Source: Scenedesmus sp. PABB004
Lineage: Eukaryota
Length of the DNA stretch: 64,000 nt
Direction: 5' to 3'
Assembly: GCA_014905635.1 (NCBI GenBank)
Contig: CM026547.1
Location: forward strand, 4,402,001 to 4,466,000
The stretch's first letter is position 1; the number at the start of each line of letters is the position of its first letter. The notes beneath the pieces are model-generated. The model did not search any database. It saw nothing but the letters and a program-made list of their open reading frames with translations, and had not been told where the DNA came from. Positions 11,595 through 24,619 of the stretch are shown here, one piece after another. The position numbers and the translations under genes were made by a program.

Positions 11595-12356
11595 CCTGCT
11601 GTCCTGCTGCTGTTTGCCGCCCCCCGGATCCCCCCCGGGTCCTGCGTCCGGCGTCCAGGCGTGGAGGCGGCGCTACGCAGTCACGCGGACGCGAGCCGAG
11701 CGCCCAGCTGGCACAGTTCACGCCGGGTGGGACGCTAGGGCTGCGGCCGCTGCTCTCGCCCGCCCGCTGCGGCCGCGGCGCTGTGTGGGTGTGGTGCCGG
11801 CAGCGGCGGCGGCGGCGGCTGGGCGGCGGCGGCCGCAGTGGGAGCCGCACCGCGCTGGGGCGCAGCGGGACAGGGCTTTGGGGTTTGGCCCTGTCCCGTG
11901 GGCGCGCACGTACTGCCGACATGCAATTGCTTACCCGCTGCGGTCCTCACCATCACTCGGCGCGCGCGTGGCGTGCGCGCCTTCATTGCGCTGCAAGCCA
12001 CACGAGATCCCTCAGCCCCCTCGCCGCCGGAGACAACATGGACATCGCGTACAATCCGCCCCGCCCGCTGGTCGATGTACACACACAAGCCCTGGCACCT
12101 CTCTCGCGGGTCTGGAATAAGGGGAGGAGCTGCTGCGGGGAATGGGTGGCGCCGCCTTCTTCCCGGCCGTGGCCGAGTGCCAACTGCCGGAGCGCGCCGC
12201 CATTCAGGTACAGGTCCCGGGAGAAACAAAGGGCACTTGCGCGGCAGTCCCACAGATGCAGACGCACGCTGCAACGCGGCCCACAGTTCAAGGCCGCCGG
12301 CGCCAATTTGGCGCACGGGCGGTGTGCGGGCGAGAGCCCCCCCCCCCCCCAAAGCG

Positions 12357-13938
12357 TCAGCCGTCGGCGGGCGCCGGCGCCGAATTGGGCGCCTGCGCGG
12401 GCGCGGCGCCGGCGCGGTGCGGAAGCGACGCCACCACGGCGCCCAGGTCGGCCGCGTCGCCAGCGTCCTGTTCGTCCGTGTCGCTGCCGCCGCTGGTGCT
12501 GGCGCTGCTGCTGCCGCCGCGGATGCTGTCGTCGCCGGCGCCGCCGCCCGCGCCCGCGGCGCCGGGCTTGAGCCCCAGCGCGAGCGCCGCGTGCCCCGGC
12601 ACGAGCAGGCCCCTGCCCGCGCGGATGTCGAGCCCCGCCAGCACCGCGCTGAGGGCATACATGATGAAATTGATAAAGCCCAGCGTGATGCACGCGTCCC
12701 ACGACGCGCACAGCAGCGCCGCGCGGTGCCGCGCCCCCGAGCCCGCGGCGGGCGGCTCGCCCAGCAGGCGCCGCGCGGCGCGGCGCGCCGCCGCCGCCGC
12801 CGCGGCGCGGGCGCCGCCGGCGCGCGCCAGGCGGCGCCCCGGCGCCGCGCCGGCGCCGGCGCCGCGGGCCGCGGACCGCAGGCGCCGCCCCGCAGGGGGC
12901 GCGCCAAAGACGACGCCGCCGTCGCCGCCGCCGCCGCCGCCCGCATCGTCGCGCGCGCGCGGCGCCGCCTGGCTTGGGTCCACGCCGCCGCCGGCCGACG
13001 CGGCCGCCGCGACCGCGGCGTCATACATCGCCTCGATTGCCGACGGCCGCCGCGCCTCGGACGCCGGCGCCGCCAGCTGCTGCGGCGCCGCCGGCTGCTG
13101 CGCCGCGGCCGCCGCCGGCGGCGGCGGCGGCGTTTGCCACTGCGGCGGCGGCGCCGGCCGCTGCGGCGCCGCCGGCTGCTGTGCCGCAGCCGCCGCCGGC
13201 GGCGGCGGCGACGACGGCGGCGCTTCAAAGTAGGCCGACGGCACGGGCCGCGCGATCACGGCGCGGCCGCCGTCGACGCGGCAGGTGCCCTGCATCGCCA
13301 CGAGCGCCGCCGTCACCAGGAAGAGCGCGCTGAGCGTGCCGCAGACCGCCAGGTCGACGATGCCGGGCAGCACCCTGCGGCCGGCGGCGGCGCTCAGCGG
13401 GCGCCGCGCGCGCTGGCCGCGGGCTGCGCCGCCGCGCGCAGCGACGGCCGGCCCCGCCAGCGCGCGCGTCTGCGCTCACTTGGCGATCTTGCGGCTGCAG
13501 CGGCCCGCGGCCGCGAAGAAGAGCGCCGCCGCGAGGCCCAGCGCGCTGGCCGCAATCGCCAGCCGCACGCCCGGCGGCGCCCCCGCGTGCGCCGCCGCCG
13601 CGATGGAGGACGAGGTGGCCAGGCAGATGGCGCAGAATATGGCCTGCGGGGCGGGCGGCGGGCGGCGGGCGTGGGTTGCGGCGGCTGGCGTCGGGCGCCA
13701 CTGCCGTCGCTGCTGCTGCTGCTGCTGCCGGCAGCGTGCGCGTCCGCGCGAGAGGCGCGCCACGCAGCGCCGGGAGGGGCAGGCGGACCGCGCCAGGCCG
13801 CGAGCTGCCCAGGGCGAGAGCTCTCTCACCCTCCGGTGGGCTGCTGCGGCCGCCCGCCCGGCGTCGCCCCAACCCAGGAAGGCTGCCACGCACCTGGGAC
13901 ACGCGCGGCAGGTGCTGCAGGTGCGCCATGGCCATCAT
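12357..13938 (-). CDS. Uncharacterised ~4-TM membrane protein (MARVEL/CASP-like topology) with a Pro/Ala-rich loop
   Basis: Three exons: MMAMAHLQHLPRVSQ | AIFCAICLATSSSI..LAIAASALGLAAALFFAAA | VLPGIVDLAVCGTLSALFLVTAALVA..WDACITLGFINFIMYALSAVLAGLD. Four hydrophobic segments. Start codon uncertain. Confidence 0.6.
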
Positions 13939-14484
13939 TGGAAGGCGCTGCAGCCTTGGCGCTGCGGCCGGGTCGCACACGGCCCCTCACTCCCTGCGCG
14001 CGCGCATGCTGCGCCTCCCCGCTGGTCCCCTCTGACGGGTGTTCTGTACGCCGGCCGGCTCAGTGCCGGCGCTGCGCGGGCCGCTGACCCTAGGAGGCGG
14101 GCGCCCACCGGGCGCGCAGGAGGGAGGGCGCGGGGCGCTCCGCTCGGTGACCGACTGCCTGGACGCGGAACGGCCCTGAGCGCCGCCGAGGGGGCGGCGG
14201 AGGGGCGGCGGCGGCGGCGCCCAGAAGCGCAGGTGACGAGCAGCGCGCGCTAATCGGCCCGCGGCCGCTATCCCTGAACGCAACCCTCGGCCCCACGAGA
14301 CGCCACGCCACGCGCGCGGCAGATGGCAGGTGGCAGCAGCGTGCGCAGGGCGCAGCGCGCTGCGCGCAGCGCGCTGCGCGACCAGTGGGCGCGGGCGGCG
14401 CGCGGTCGCAAGCCGCGCAGCGCTGCGCGACTGGTCTCCGCGGCGGCAGCGGTTGCAAGCCCCGCGCCCGCTGCCGGAGCCCCC

Positions 14485-16653
14485 TCACGCCGCGGCCATG
14501 CAGGCGGGCATGCCTCGGCACTTGACCAGGGCCGCCAGGAAGTAGTAGTCGCCTGAGATAAGCCCCACGTCCACGTGGTTGCCCAGCGGGAAGCCGCCCG
14601 TCGCGTGCTGCGCGGCGGCGGCGGCGCGGGGCGGGCGGCGGCCGGGCGTCCGAGGCACGCGCGCGCCGGGGCGGCCGCCCCGGGGCTGCGCCGCGCGCGC
14701 GATCCCCGGCGCCCGCGCGCGCGGCGCATCGGCGCCGCGCCTTGAGCAGCGCGGGGAACGCGGCGTCGCCCGACGCCGAGAGGTACTTGGGCGCCCCGAG
14801 CGCGCGCAGCGTGTTGGCCGCGGCGCAGGCGTAGCGCGCGGCGCAGCCGGGGCTCGGGTGCGCCTCGGCGAGGTGCAGCAGCCCCAGCGCGGCGACCGCC
14901 GCGGCGCTCGTGTCGCGCGGGCCGTCGAGCTCGGCGTGCCACGGCGCGTCAAAGTCCCACTGGGGCACCCAGCCGTCCAGCGCGCCGCCCTCGTCCTCCC
15001 CGCCCTCCCCGCCCGCCGCCGCGGCGCCCGCGCCGGCGGCGGCGCGCGCGGCGGCGGCCTTTGCGGGCTGCGCGGCGAGTCGTGCCAGGTACGCGTCGGC
15101 GACGCGCACGGCGGTGCCGACAAACTCGGGCGCCGTGGTCGCGTTGAGCGCGCCGCCGAGCATCGCAAAGCCCGCGAGCGCCCACGCCTGCCCGCGCGCC
15201 CACGTGCTCTCGGCGGCGTGGCCCTGCGGCGGCCGCGGCGGCGGCGGCGCGGCGCGGGGTTGTGAGGCGCGGAGCCGCGCGCGAGGGCTCTGCCGACCTC
15301 GGCGCCCGACGCCCGCAGCCCTGAGCCCCAAACCCTGTGGGCGCTGCCCGCGCCTGGTACGAGTACTTGGCGTTCACTCCGCCCGTGCCTGGGTTGTACT
15401 CAACGATGTGGTACGTGCTGCCGTCCGGCCGGACGTGGTGCTTGGCGACCTGCGCCGCACGGCCCGGCGGGCGGGCGGGCGGCCGGCGGTGGGCGGCGGG
15501 CGCGGGCGGCAACGACGCTGGCGCGTGCAGGATGCGGCGGCGGCGGCCGCCGCCGCGCCTGGCGCGCGTGCGCTGCGGCCATCGCGAGCCACGTCTCGTG
15601 CGGCGCCATGTCCATGCGCAGCTCGCAGGACGGCCCCACGTGCGCCGCGCCCCAGACGAGCAGCTGGATATTGATCATAAAGTCTGGCGAGCGCCGGCGG
15701 CGGCGGCGGCAGGGTGTGTGTGTGTCTTGTCAGGTGTCAGGCGCGCCGCCTAGGGCGTCGGTGGCGGCGCGCGGACCGCGGACCGCGGACCGCGGATCGC
15801 GGACCGCGGACCGCAGCACGCGGCAGGGCGGGGGGCTCGCTCCCCGCGCAGCACGTGCACGTGCGCAGCGCCGGGGCGCTGCCGCCGGCGGCGCACCGAT
15901 GATGACAATCTGCTGGTACTCGTTGGTTGAGGCGGGCGTCTTCCAGCCCTCAAACGTGCGCAGGCTCTGCGTCGAGGGCACAAACGCCCACGAGAGCGCC
16001 TCGGCCGCCGCGAGCGCCTGGCGCTTGTGCTCGGACGAGTTGGTCACGGCGTAGGCGTGCGCGAAGCTGGGCTGGTAGATGAACCCTGGCGGCGGCGGCA
16101 GTGAGGCGGGGGCGGCAGTGAGGCGGCAGCGCGCAGGCCGTGCTGTGCGCGCTGCCGCCGCGCGCTGCCAGGGGGCATGCAGCGCTGCCGCACCAAAGTC
16201 GTGCTGCGAACCAAAGTCGCGCTGCCGGTCCGCGAGCGCGGCCTGCCAGCGCTGCGCGGCGTCCGACCACGCGCGCTCGGCGCGGCCTGAGAGCTCGAAC
16301 AGCTGCCACAGCACGCCGGGGAAGAACCCGCTCATCCAGTGGCCCGGAGACACGGTCTCCCAGTCGGGGCTGCCATGCTGGGTGGCGGTGGGGTAGCGGT
16401 CGGGCGGCAGCGCCGCGAGCGCGGCCGCGACCTTGGCGCCGGCCGCGGCCGTCACGCGCTCCAGCAGCGCCTGCATGGGGTCCGCCGGCGCGGGCTGCGG
16501 CCTCGCAGACGCTGCGACGCACGTGGCCGAGCACAGGGCCGCGCAGGGCGGCGCCGCGCTGCACGCGCCGGCCGCCGCGGGCGCCGGCGTGGCAGCCAGC
16601 GCTCCCAGCAGCAGCAGGCATCGGGCCGCCACCGCCAACACGCGCCCAGGCAT
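14485..16653 (-). CDS. Secreted unsaturated glucuronyl hydrolase-like protein, glycoside hydrolase family 88
   Basis: Signal peptide MPGRVLAVAARCLLLLGALAA. GH88 motifs WMSGFFPGVLW, HDFGF, IIDFMIN, VRPDGSTYH, STWARGQAW, VPQWDFDAP, RDTSAAA and GDYYFL across spliced exons. Confidence 0.9.
15770..15811. repeat. Intronic 7-nt tandem repeat (cgcggac) x6
   Basis: Directly visible in a GH88 intron. Confidence 0.85.
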
Positions 16654-17084
16654 CGGGCCGCGACTCAAACGGAAGCCTCAATATGACTTCAAGCTCTCCG
16701 CGGCTAGGCGGAGCTGGCCGGGGCCCGGTCGCGCGGGGGGCCTCGGGGCTCGCTGGCGCGCTTTCCTGCGCTCCGCCTCCGAGTCCGCGGAGCGCCGCTG
16801 AGCTCCGCGCTGACGCCGGCGTGACTGGCGCAGCGATCGCGAAGGCACTTACAGAAGCGTGCCCCCGCCGCGCCCGCCCGGCTGCCGTGCGCGGCAGCTG
16901 CGCAGCTGCCGCCGCCCGCGCGGGCGTTCAGGGCGCAGTCAGTCTCAGTCTCCCCCGCCCGTGCTCGTCTGTTGTACAGTGCGACAACACACAGCAACGC
17001 AAAAATCGGCGCGCGTAGAGGGCGCGACCGAGCCTCCTGCACAAGTCCGCCCACACACCCCGGCCGACACCCGCGCGCGGCGCG

Positions 17085-18781
17085 TCAGCCCCGCCAGAGC
17101 TGCTTGGCGCGCAGGCGCGCGGTGAAGCTCTCCTCGCCTGGCAGCAGGCCCCCGCCGCCGCCGGCGCCGCCGCCGGCCTCGGACAGCGTGACCGCGACGC
17201 TCAGGCCGTCGCTGCGCACCGAGTGCACCGACGCCGGGCTAGACGCGCCGCTGCCGCCCGCGTCGCTGCCGCCGCCGCGCCGCAGCGCGAAGCGCACGTC
17301 GGTGGCGAGGAAGCGCTGCCAGCCGCGGCGCCAGGCGGCGGCGCCGCCGCGCGCGCCCGGCTGCTCGCCGGCGGCGCCCGCGTCCGAGCCGGAGCCGGAG
17401 CCGCTGTCGCTGCCGCCGCCGCACGGCGCCGCGGGCGGCCGCGGCGGGCTGCGCGGGTGCGCGCCGCGCCACGCGAGCGCCTGGCCGCCGGCGGCCGCGG
17501 CGGCGGCCCCGAAGTGCTCCGGCCCCGCCGCCGCCAGCTGGCTCGCGCGCGCGCGCCGCCGCCGGCGCCAGCGCAGCGCCAGGTACGCGCCCGCACCGGC
17601 GAGCAGCAGCGACGCCGCGAGGCTGGGCCAGAGCGCGGCGTGCAGGTTGGCGGCCGCGCCGAGGCGCGCGCGGCGCGTGGTCTGCGTGATGAGGCCCTGC
17701 ACGGACGCCGACTCGGCGCCCAGCGTCTGCGTGGTGCGCAGGAAGGTGCTGGGGTCGTCCACCAGCCGCTGGACGAGCGCATCTGCGCACGCAGGGGCGG
17801 CGCAGGCGCGGCGGTGAGGCGCGCCGGGACAGGCGCGGCGGCGGCGTGGCGGCGGCGGCGGCGGCGGCGCGGGCCCGCGGGGGCGCGGCGCGCCGCACCC
17901 GCCGACAGGTCCTCCCTCGCCGCCGCCGCGGCGCCGTCGTCGCCGGGCACGGGCAGCGTGGCCGACACGTTGACGAGCAGCTGCCGCGTGCCGCTGATCT
18001 GCGTGACGCCCAGCACCGTCACGCTGCCGAGGCTGACGTTGAGCGCGCTCGCCGTGTCGGAGCGCACGAGCACGCCGACGATGCCCTCGCTGCTGCCGTT
18101 GATGCCGGTCGTCGTGCGGCTGACCGCCTCCAGCAGCGCGCCGTCCAGCACGACGCCAAAGCTCAGCAGCATCGCGTACTCCGAACCGCCGCCCCCGCCG
18201 CCGCCGCCGTCGTCGGCGCCCGAGGCGTCGCACGCGGTTGCGCCCTCCGCGTACGCGGTCGTGCCGTCCCTGCGACGCGCGGCGCGCGGCGGCGTCGGCG
18301 GCGCGCGGCGCGCGCCGCGCGCCGCGCGCGGCTGCCTCGAGCAGCCGCGTGCCGCGCGCGCCCGGCCGCCGCGCGCGCCTGCAGATCGTGCAGAACAGCG
18401 ATCCGCGCGCCGCGGCAAACGTGCCCGGCAGGCAGCGCCGGCACGCGGGCGCGCCCCAGTAATAGCTGAAGGTCCCCGGCGGGCAGGAGAGGCAGGCCGT
18501 GGAGAAGGGCGAGCCGGCGTACTTGCCCGGCGGGCACACCTGCGCGCGCCACGCGGGGGTCGGGGGTCGGCGGCCACGCGGGCGGCGGGCGGCGGGCGCG
18601 GGCGCGGCGGCGCCTGGCGCCGGCGCGGGCGCGCCTTGCAGTCGGAGGCGTCGATGCGCGTGCTGTACGTGCCGTTGGGGCACACGGAGCAGTTGGCGCT
18701 CTGCGCCGGCGACGCCGGCCAGCCCGCCGGGCGGTCCGCGAAGAACGCCACGCTGAAGGCCGCCGCGTCGGCGCGCGGCCC

Positions 18782-18813
<32 letters not shown>

Positions 18814-20079
18814 GCGCGGCCGCCCCGCCCGCCGCCGCCGCCGCCGCCGCGGCGGCCTCCTGCGGCAGCGCGAGGTGCGTGACCGCCGCCGCGGCGCTCT
18901 CGTTGCTGTAGAGGAGGAGGGTGTAGGTCTTTGAGCTGCGGCCCTCGTCGGCGGTGATGATCACGGGCAGCTCCGCGTTGACGCCGGGCAGCGCCAGCCC
19001 GCACGCGGGGCCCTCCAGCGGCGCGCCGCGCGTGCGGTTGCCGGCGCCGCCGCCGGGCGCGCTGGCGTTGGCGCCGGCGCCGGCGGCGCCGCCGCACCCC
19101 GCGGCGGCCGCGATGCTGGCGGCGCCAAAGCCGCCGACGCCGGCGCCGCCGTCGACGCCGGCCGCGGCGGCGCCGGGGACGTGCCCCGCCGCGGCGCCCT
19201 TGTCTGCGCCCGGCGGCCTGCCCCCGGCCGCGCCCGCGGTCGCGTTGGCGCCGGCCGGCGGCGGGGCAGCCGCCGCGAGCGCGACCGCGGCCTCGCTCAT
19301 TGTGATGTTCACGCCCGACTCGTCGGCGTCGGCGAGCTCGGGCAGCATGGCCATGTCTGGCCGCACCTGCGCGAGCGGGACCAGGATGTGCCGCCCCTGC
19401 GCGCACTCGACCGTCGTGAAGCGGCTCCACACGACCGTCTTGTTGCTCGCGCGGTCCCACAGGCTGTACTGCTGCTGCCGCGAGCGGCCGCCGCCGGCGT
19501 GCCCGTCGTCCCCCTCCGCCGTGTCCGAGGAGGGCGGCGCCGCCGTGCCGGCCCTGGCGCTGCCACTGGCGCTGCCGTTGCTGGGTGGCGCCCCCGGCTG
19601 CGCCATGATGAGGTACGCGACCTGCACCACCTGCCCCGGCGCCGCCACGAGCGGCCGCGGGGCGGCGCCGCCGCCCGCCGCGAGCGCTAGGCCGTCGCCG
19701 CCGTCGCCGCCGTCGCCGCCGGCGGGGCCGGCGGGGCCGCCGTCGACGGGCGTGAACCCCTCAAACGCCTGCGCGCGCGGCGGCTTGCCGGCGCCGGCGC
19801 CGCCGCGGCGCGGGAGCGGCGGCGCCGCCTCGAAGAGGTGCGCGAGGCCGCGCGGCACGCCGCAGGCGATGACGGTCGTGTCTGCGTTGGTGAAGCTGAT
19901 CGCGCGCAGGCTCAGCGCCTCGGGGCGGCGCAGCGGGATGAAGCGCAGCGTGTAGCTGCGGTACAGCACGTACCCCGCTGGCAGCGCCCACGCCGCGCTG
20001 CTGCTGTTGGCGCCGGCGCTGGCGCTGCTGTTGGCGCCGGCGTGCGGCGCGCCGCTGCCGCTGGGCTCCCGCAGCGTGC

Positions 20080-20112
<33 letters not shown>

Positions 20113-22556
20113 TGGCGCCGCCGGGGCCCCGGCCGCCGGGCGCGCCGTCGCCGCGCGTGAGCACGTGCACGCGCAGCCAGCAGGGCACGTGCTGCCCCGC
20201 GAGCGGGAAGCGCGCGCGCCACATGGCCTCGTCCCCGGCCCACGCCACCGCGTAGCTGCGGCGCGGCGGCCGCGGCGCGCAGCGCGCGCGTGAGCGCGGG
20301 CGGCCGCTGAGCGCGCGCAGCGGCGGGTCGGGCCGGGCGCGCGCGCCGCCGACCCGACTCGGCCCCGGCCCCCGGCGCACCGCTTGCTCTCCAGGCCGCC
20401 GCAGCCCGCCGCGTCGACGACGACGACGTCGCCCCGCCGGCTGCTCGCGAGCAGCAGCTGCCCCGTGCCCGCCGGCTTTGGCGGCAGCAGCGCGACGTAG
20501 CTCCCCGTCAGCGGCCGAAAGGGAGGGTCAAGGTCCAGCACCACCGCCGGCGTGGCGCCGCCGCTGCTCGCGCCGCCGCCGCTGCTCTCGCCGCCGCCGC
20601 CGCCGCTGCCGGCCTGCCGCAGGCTGCGCCCTGAGCCGCCGTCCCCGCTGCCGTCCCCGCCGCCGCTCCCGGCGCTGTCCCTGCTGCCGCTGCTGCGGCT
20701 GCGGTCGGCGCCGCTGGCGGCGGGCTCGTCGGGGAAGATGGCCAGCACCATCTCCTGCAGCGCCGCGACCTGCGTGTAGGTGGGGCCCGAGCGGCCCGCG
20801 GCGCCGCCGGCGAGCAGCGCGGAGCCTGCGCGGCGGCGCGCGGGGGGCGCGTCAGTCGCGGCGGCCCGCGGCGGCCCCGGGCGGCGGCGGCGGGCCGCGC
20901 CGGGCGCAGCACGCGCCGCACCCGGCGGGCAGTGGCCCGGCGGCGTGCCAAAGACGATTGCCGCCGCCTGGCCCTGCTGCGGCGCGGCGCGCGCGTTGGC
21001 GCGCGGCACGATCTTGACGCCGATGCGCAGCTCCGCCTCGGGCGGCAGCCGCCCCCACGCGATCGGCAGCGTGACGGGCTCCAGCGCCGTCTGCCCCGGC
21101 GCGAGCCAGCGCTCGCCCGAGACGCTCGCGTTGCGCGCGGCCTCGACGTCCGCGAGCGAGCACGCCGCCGCGAGCGGGTGGCACGGCTCCGCCGCGGGGC
21201 GGCTGCCGGGCAGCAGGAACGTCGTGAACGCGACGCGCGAGGGGAACGCCGACGCGCCGGTCACGGTGAACTGCAGCGTCGGCGGCGGCCCGCCCCCGCC
21301 GCGAGGGTAGTAGCCCTGTGCGACGCGCGCCGTGGTCGGTCAGCGTGGCCGGTCAGCGGCGGCGGCGGCGGCGGCGGTGGCCCGGGCGCTGCCTGTCCTC
21401 TCGCCGCGCGGCGGCCGCGCGGGCGGGCGGGCGGGCGGGCGCACCAGGTTGGTCCGGAAGCCGACCAGCGGCGACTGCACCAGCACCTCGGTCGCCGCGG
21501 CGCCGGGGTCGAGCACCGCGCCCTGCGCCTGCGCCAGCCGCACCAGCAGCCGCCCGCCCGGCGGCGCGGCCTGGAGACTGAGCCAGAACGACTGCACCCC
21601 CGACGCGCCGGGCGCCCAGGTGAGCGTGTCCTGAATGACCTGCGCACCGCCGCGGCACGGCGCGGCACGGCGCGGCACGGCGTGTCAGCTGCCGCCGCCG
21701 GCGCTGCCGCCGCCGCCCGCCCGCCCCTCGCCGCCCGCCGCGCGCGGCTCACGCGCACGGGTCCCCAGTCCTGCAGCTGCAGGCGGACGCTCGCGCCGCC
21801 ACGCGGCGCCGGCGCGCTCAGCCGCACGCCGACGGCAAACGCGCTGGTGTCGGCCGACGCGTTCACCGCGCGCGCCGTCACGCCCAGCAGCGGGGGCACG
21901 ACCACAATCACGCGGCCCGGCAGCGGCAGCGCGAGCCCCAGGCGCGGCAGCGCGACGTGGCCCGCGAACTCGCCCGCCCGCGCGCTCGCGTTGAGCAGCA
22001 CGCGCGGGAAGAGCAGCGCGCTGCAGTTGGGCGCGAGCGCGCCGCCGCGCACGACCAGGTCGCGCCCCCCCTCGCCGCCGCGGCGCAGCACCAGCGTCGC
22101 CTCGCCCGCGTCGCCGGGCGCCTGCGCGGCGGCGGCAGCGGTCGGCGGGCGCTGTGCTGCCGATGGCGGCCCCGCCCGGCCCAGCCCCCCTGCGCCGCCG
22201 CCGCCGCACCGTCGTGCCGGGCGCGCAGACGCTGGCGTTGAGGTGCACGGCGACAGCGCTCGCGGCGTGCTGCGTCCACACCGCCGGCGCCAGCCCCAGC
22301 ACGGCCGGCGGGCCCGGCTGCCAGCCGGCGCCCTGCGGGGGGCGCGGGGGCGGGGCGGGCGGAGGGTGGGCGGGGGCGCAACCGTCGACTGCTGCTGCTG
22401 CGGCTCGCCTGGGCGCCCTGGCGGCCCTGCGCGGCCCCGCCCGCGCGCCAAACGCCTGCCCTGGCCGCGTCGGCGCCGCACCGCGCGGCAGACGCCGGCA
22501 TGGGCCGCGCTGAGCAGCAGGAGGAGGCCCAGGCGCACGCCCCGCCCCCGATCCAT
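17085..22556 (-). CDS. Large type-I membrane/cell-surface protein: signal peptide, Calx-beta-like and cadherin-like beta-sandwich segments, Cys-rich GCC2/GCC3 (ephrin-receptor-like) repeats, C-terminal TM
   Basis: MDRGRGVRLGLLLLLSAAHAG; DTLTWAPGASGVQSFWL..AQGAVLDPGAAATEVLV; LDLDPPFRPLTGSYVALL; CSVCPNGTYS..VCPPGKYA..CLSCPPGTFS..CRRCLPGTFA; TM LWPSLAASLLLAGAGAYLAL followed by RWRRRRR. Exon structure only partly resolved. Confidence 0.7.
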
Positions 22557-22932
22557 GGCGCAGCGCGCCTCAGCCGGTCCACGCGTTCGCCGAGCGTGAT
22601 GACATCGCACCACGGGCCATGCACAGGCCTGCGCGCGGCGGGAGCACGCAAGCGAGCGCGCGGGCCCCAGCTGTCTCGTGGTCGCCCTGTCGCTGAGCTG
22701 GGGCCGTCGCCGTGACGCGCGAGCGCCGTTGGTGTGGACGAGGGAGGCCGCAACGGGCGTCAAGTCGCGGGCTCGCCAGCGGGCAACTCAAGCGGCGCAG
22801 CCATTCGGGAAAAGCTGCGCTCGGGCTCTGGTTCGGTCTCCTTCACCCGCGTGACGCCAGCCACGAGCGCGCAGACGCAGCAGCAGGGCGTGCGCCGCAG
22901 CAGAGGCCGCAGCAGCTTTGGCGGGCGGCGCG

Positions 22933-23883
22933 ATGCAGGCCCTGGCGCGGAGCAGCGGGCTGGGCGCAGCTGGTGAGCTGAGGGACGCCCCGGGCGGGCC
23001 ATGGCGCGGCCGGGCGCGGCGTGGGGGGGCCGAGGCGCCGGCGGCCTCCGCGGCCGCGCCGGCGCCTGGCGGGCGCGGTGCTCGCGGCGCTCCACGGCGG
23101 GGCGGCGTGGATGTGCGGGGCGGCAGCGCATTGCGCGCGGACCGCGCGGCGCCCGCGGACCAGCAGCCGGGCGCCCTTGTGGCCGGGCGGGCTCGGCGCC
23201 TGCTGCAGCGCTTCGGGGGCGCGCGGGGCCGCATTGGGGGCGGCAGCACCGCCCAGGGCGCCTGGACGGCCGGCGGCGGTCAGCGGGGCACCGCCGGCGC
23301 TGGCGCCGCCGCGGCGGCGGGTCGGCGGCAGCGGCGGGCCCAGTCGCCGCCGGCGCGCGCGCCCACGCCGCCCGCGCCGCCCGTGCCGCCCGCCCGCCCC
23401 GCGCAGCGCCCACCCGCCGCGGTGCGGTGCGCGTGGCGGCGACGTACCAGCAGGACGACCGCGGCAGCCGAGGCGGCGGCCAGCGCGGGCGCGGCCGCTT
23501 CTCCCGCAGGCGCGCGCGCGCGCGCCCGCGGCGGCTGGCCGCAGCGCGCGGGCGGCAGCTGGCTGCAGCGCGCGCCGGCGGCGGCCCGCCCTCCACGCCC
23601 GGCCTCGCTCACCCGCTCTCCGTCCGCGCCCTCCTGCCCCCGCCGCCGCCGCCGCCCCGCCGCCGCCCGCTGCCGCCGCCGCGCGCCGCGCAGGCCGCAG
23701 GAGGAGCGCGTGGAGCACAAGGAGTTCCTCTACCTCCCCAAGCCCAACCACCTGGTCTACATCAAGCCGACCGTCGCGGTCGTCGCCGATGTCGCGAGCC
23801 GCGCGAGCGTGGGGCTCAAGATGACCATCGGCACCAACCAGCTCGAGCGCTACGTCATCGAGTATTACTCCAAGCGCCTGTGA
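22933..23883 (+). CDS. Small hypothetical protein, spliced
   Basis: ATG 22933 with a GTGAG donor near 22973. Final exon with strong coding bias: [62 protein letters not shown]. Internal exons uncertain. Confidence 0.6.
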   Translation: MQALARSSGLGAAGELRDAPGGPWRGRARRGGAEAPAASAAAPAPGGRGARGAPRRGGVDVRGGSALRADRAAPADQQPGALVAGRARRLLQRFGGARGRIGGGSTAQGAWTAGGGQRGTAGAGAAAAAGRRQRRAQSPPARAPTPPAPPVPPARPAQRPPAAVRCAWRRRTSRTTAAAEAAASAGAAASPAGARARARGGWPQRAGGSWLQRAPAAARPPRPASLTRSPSAPSCPRRRRRPAAARCRRRAPRRPQEERVEHKEFLYLPKPNHLVYIKPTVAVVADVASRASVGLKMTIGTNQLERYVIEYYSKRL

Positions 23884-24290
23884 GCAGTCGCCGGCGCACC
23901 GCTCGCGCGGCGAGCAGCGGCGCCGCTGACTCGGCGCCGGGCGGCGGGCGGCCGACGACGAGCCCGGCACGCGGGCGGCGCCGGGGCGCGCGCGCGCGCG
24001 AGCGCGCCAGCAGCTGCTGGCGCGCCCGGGCGCGTGCGGGCGCGCAGGATGGCGGGCGCGGCGCACTGACGGGGCGGCGGGGCGGGGACGGGCGGGGCGC
24101 GTGTGCGGTCGGGGAGTGCGGGCGAGCGCTGCGGCGCGGTAACGGCCCGCCGCTGCGTGCTCTCCCGCGGCGGCGACGGGGGCTGCGGGCCCGTGAGAGT
24201 TGGTTCAAAAAGTGAGTTCGAGCCCAGCGCCCACGCGCCAGCTCCGCTAGCCGGCCAGCCCTGGCGGCGAGCCCGGGGCCGCGCGCGGGC

Positions 24291-24585
24291 TCACGCGGCG
24301 CCGCGGCGCTCCGCCTCGACCGCGGCGGCCTTGCCGAGGACCATCGCCCGCATGCCGTCCTGGTAGTCCAGCATGCGCTGCAGCAGCGCGGGGTCGGTGG
24401 AGCCGAGGATGCGCAGCGCGAGCAGGCCCGCGTTGGCGGCGTTGCCGATCGCGACCGTCGCGACGGGGACGCCCTTGGGCATCTGCACGATGCTCAGCAG
24501 CGCGTCGACGCCGTCAAGGTATGCGCCCGCGGGCTTGACCGGCACGCCCACGACAGGCAGCGGCGTCATCGCCGCGACCATGCCG

Positions 24586-24619
<34 letters not shown>

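Noticed and set aside
14485..16653. GH88 (and pflA) as bacterial contamination
   Set aside because: Both have spliceosomal introns, eukaryotic targeting peptides and the same composition as flanking algal genes.
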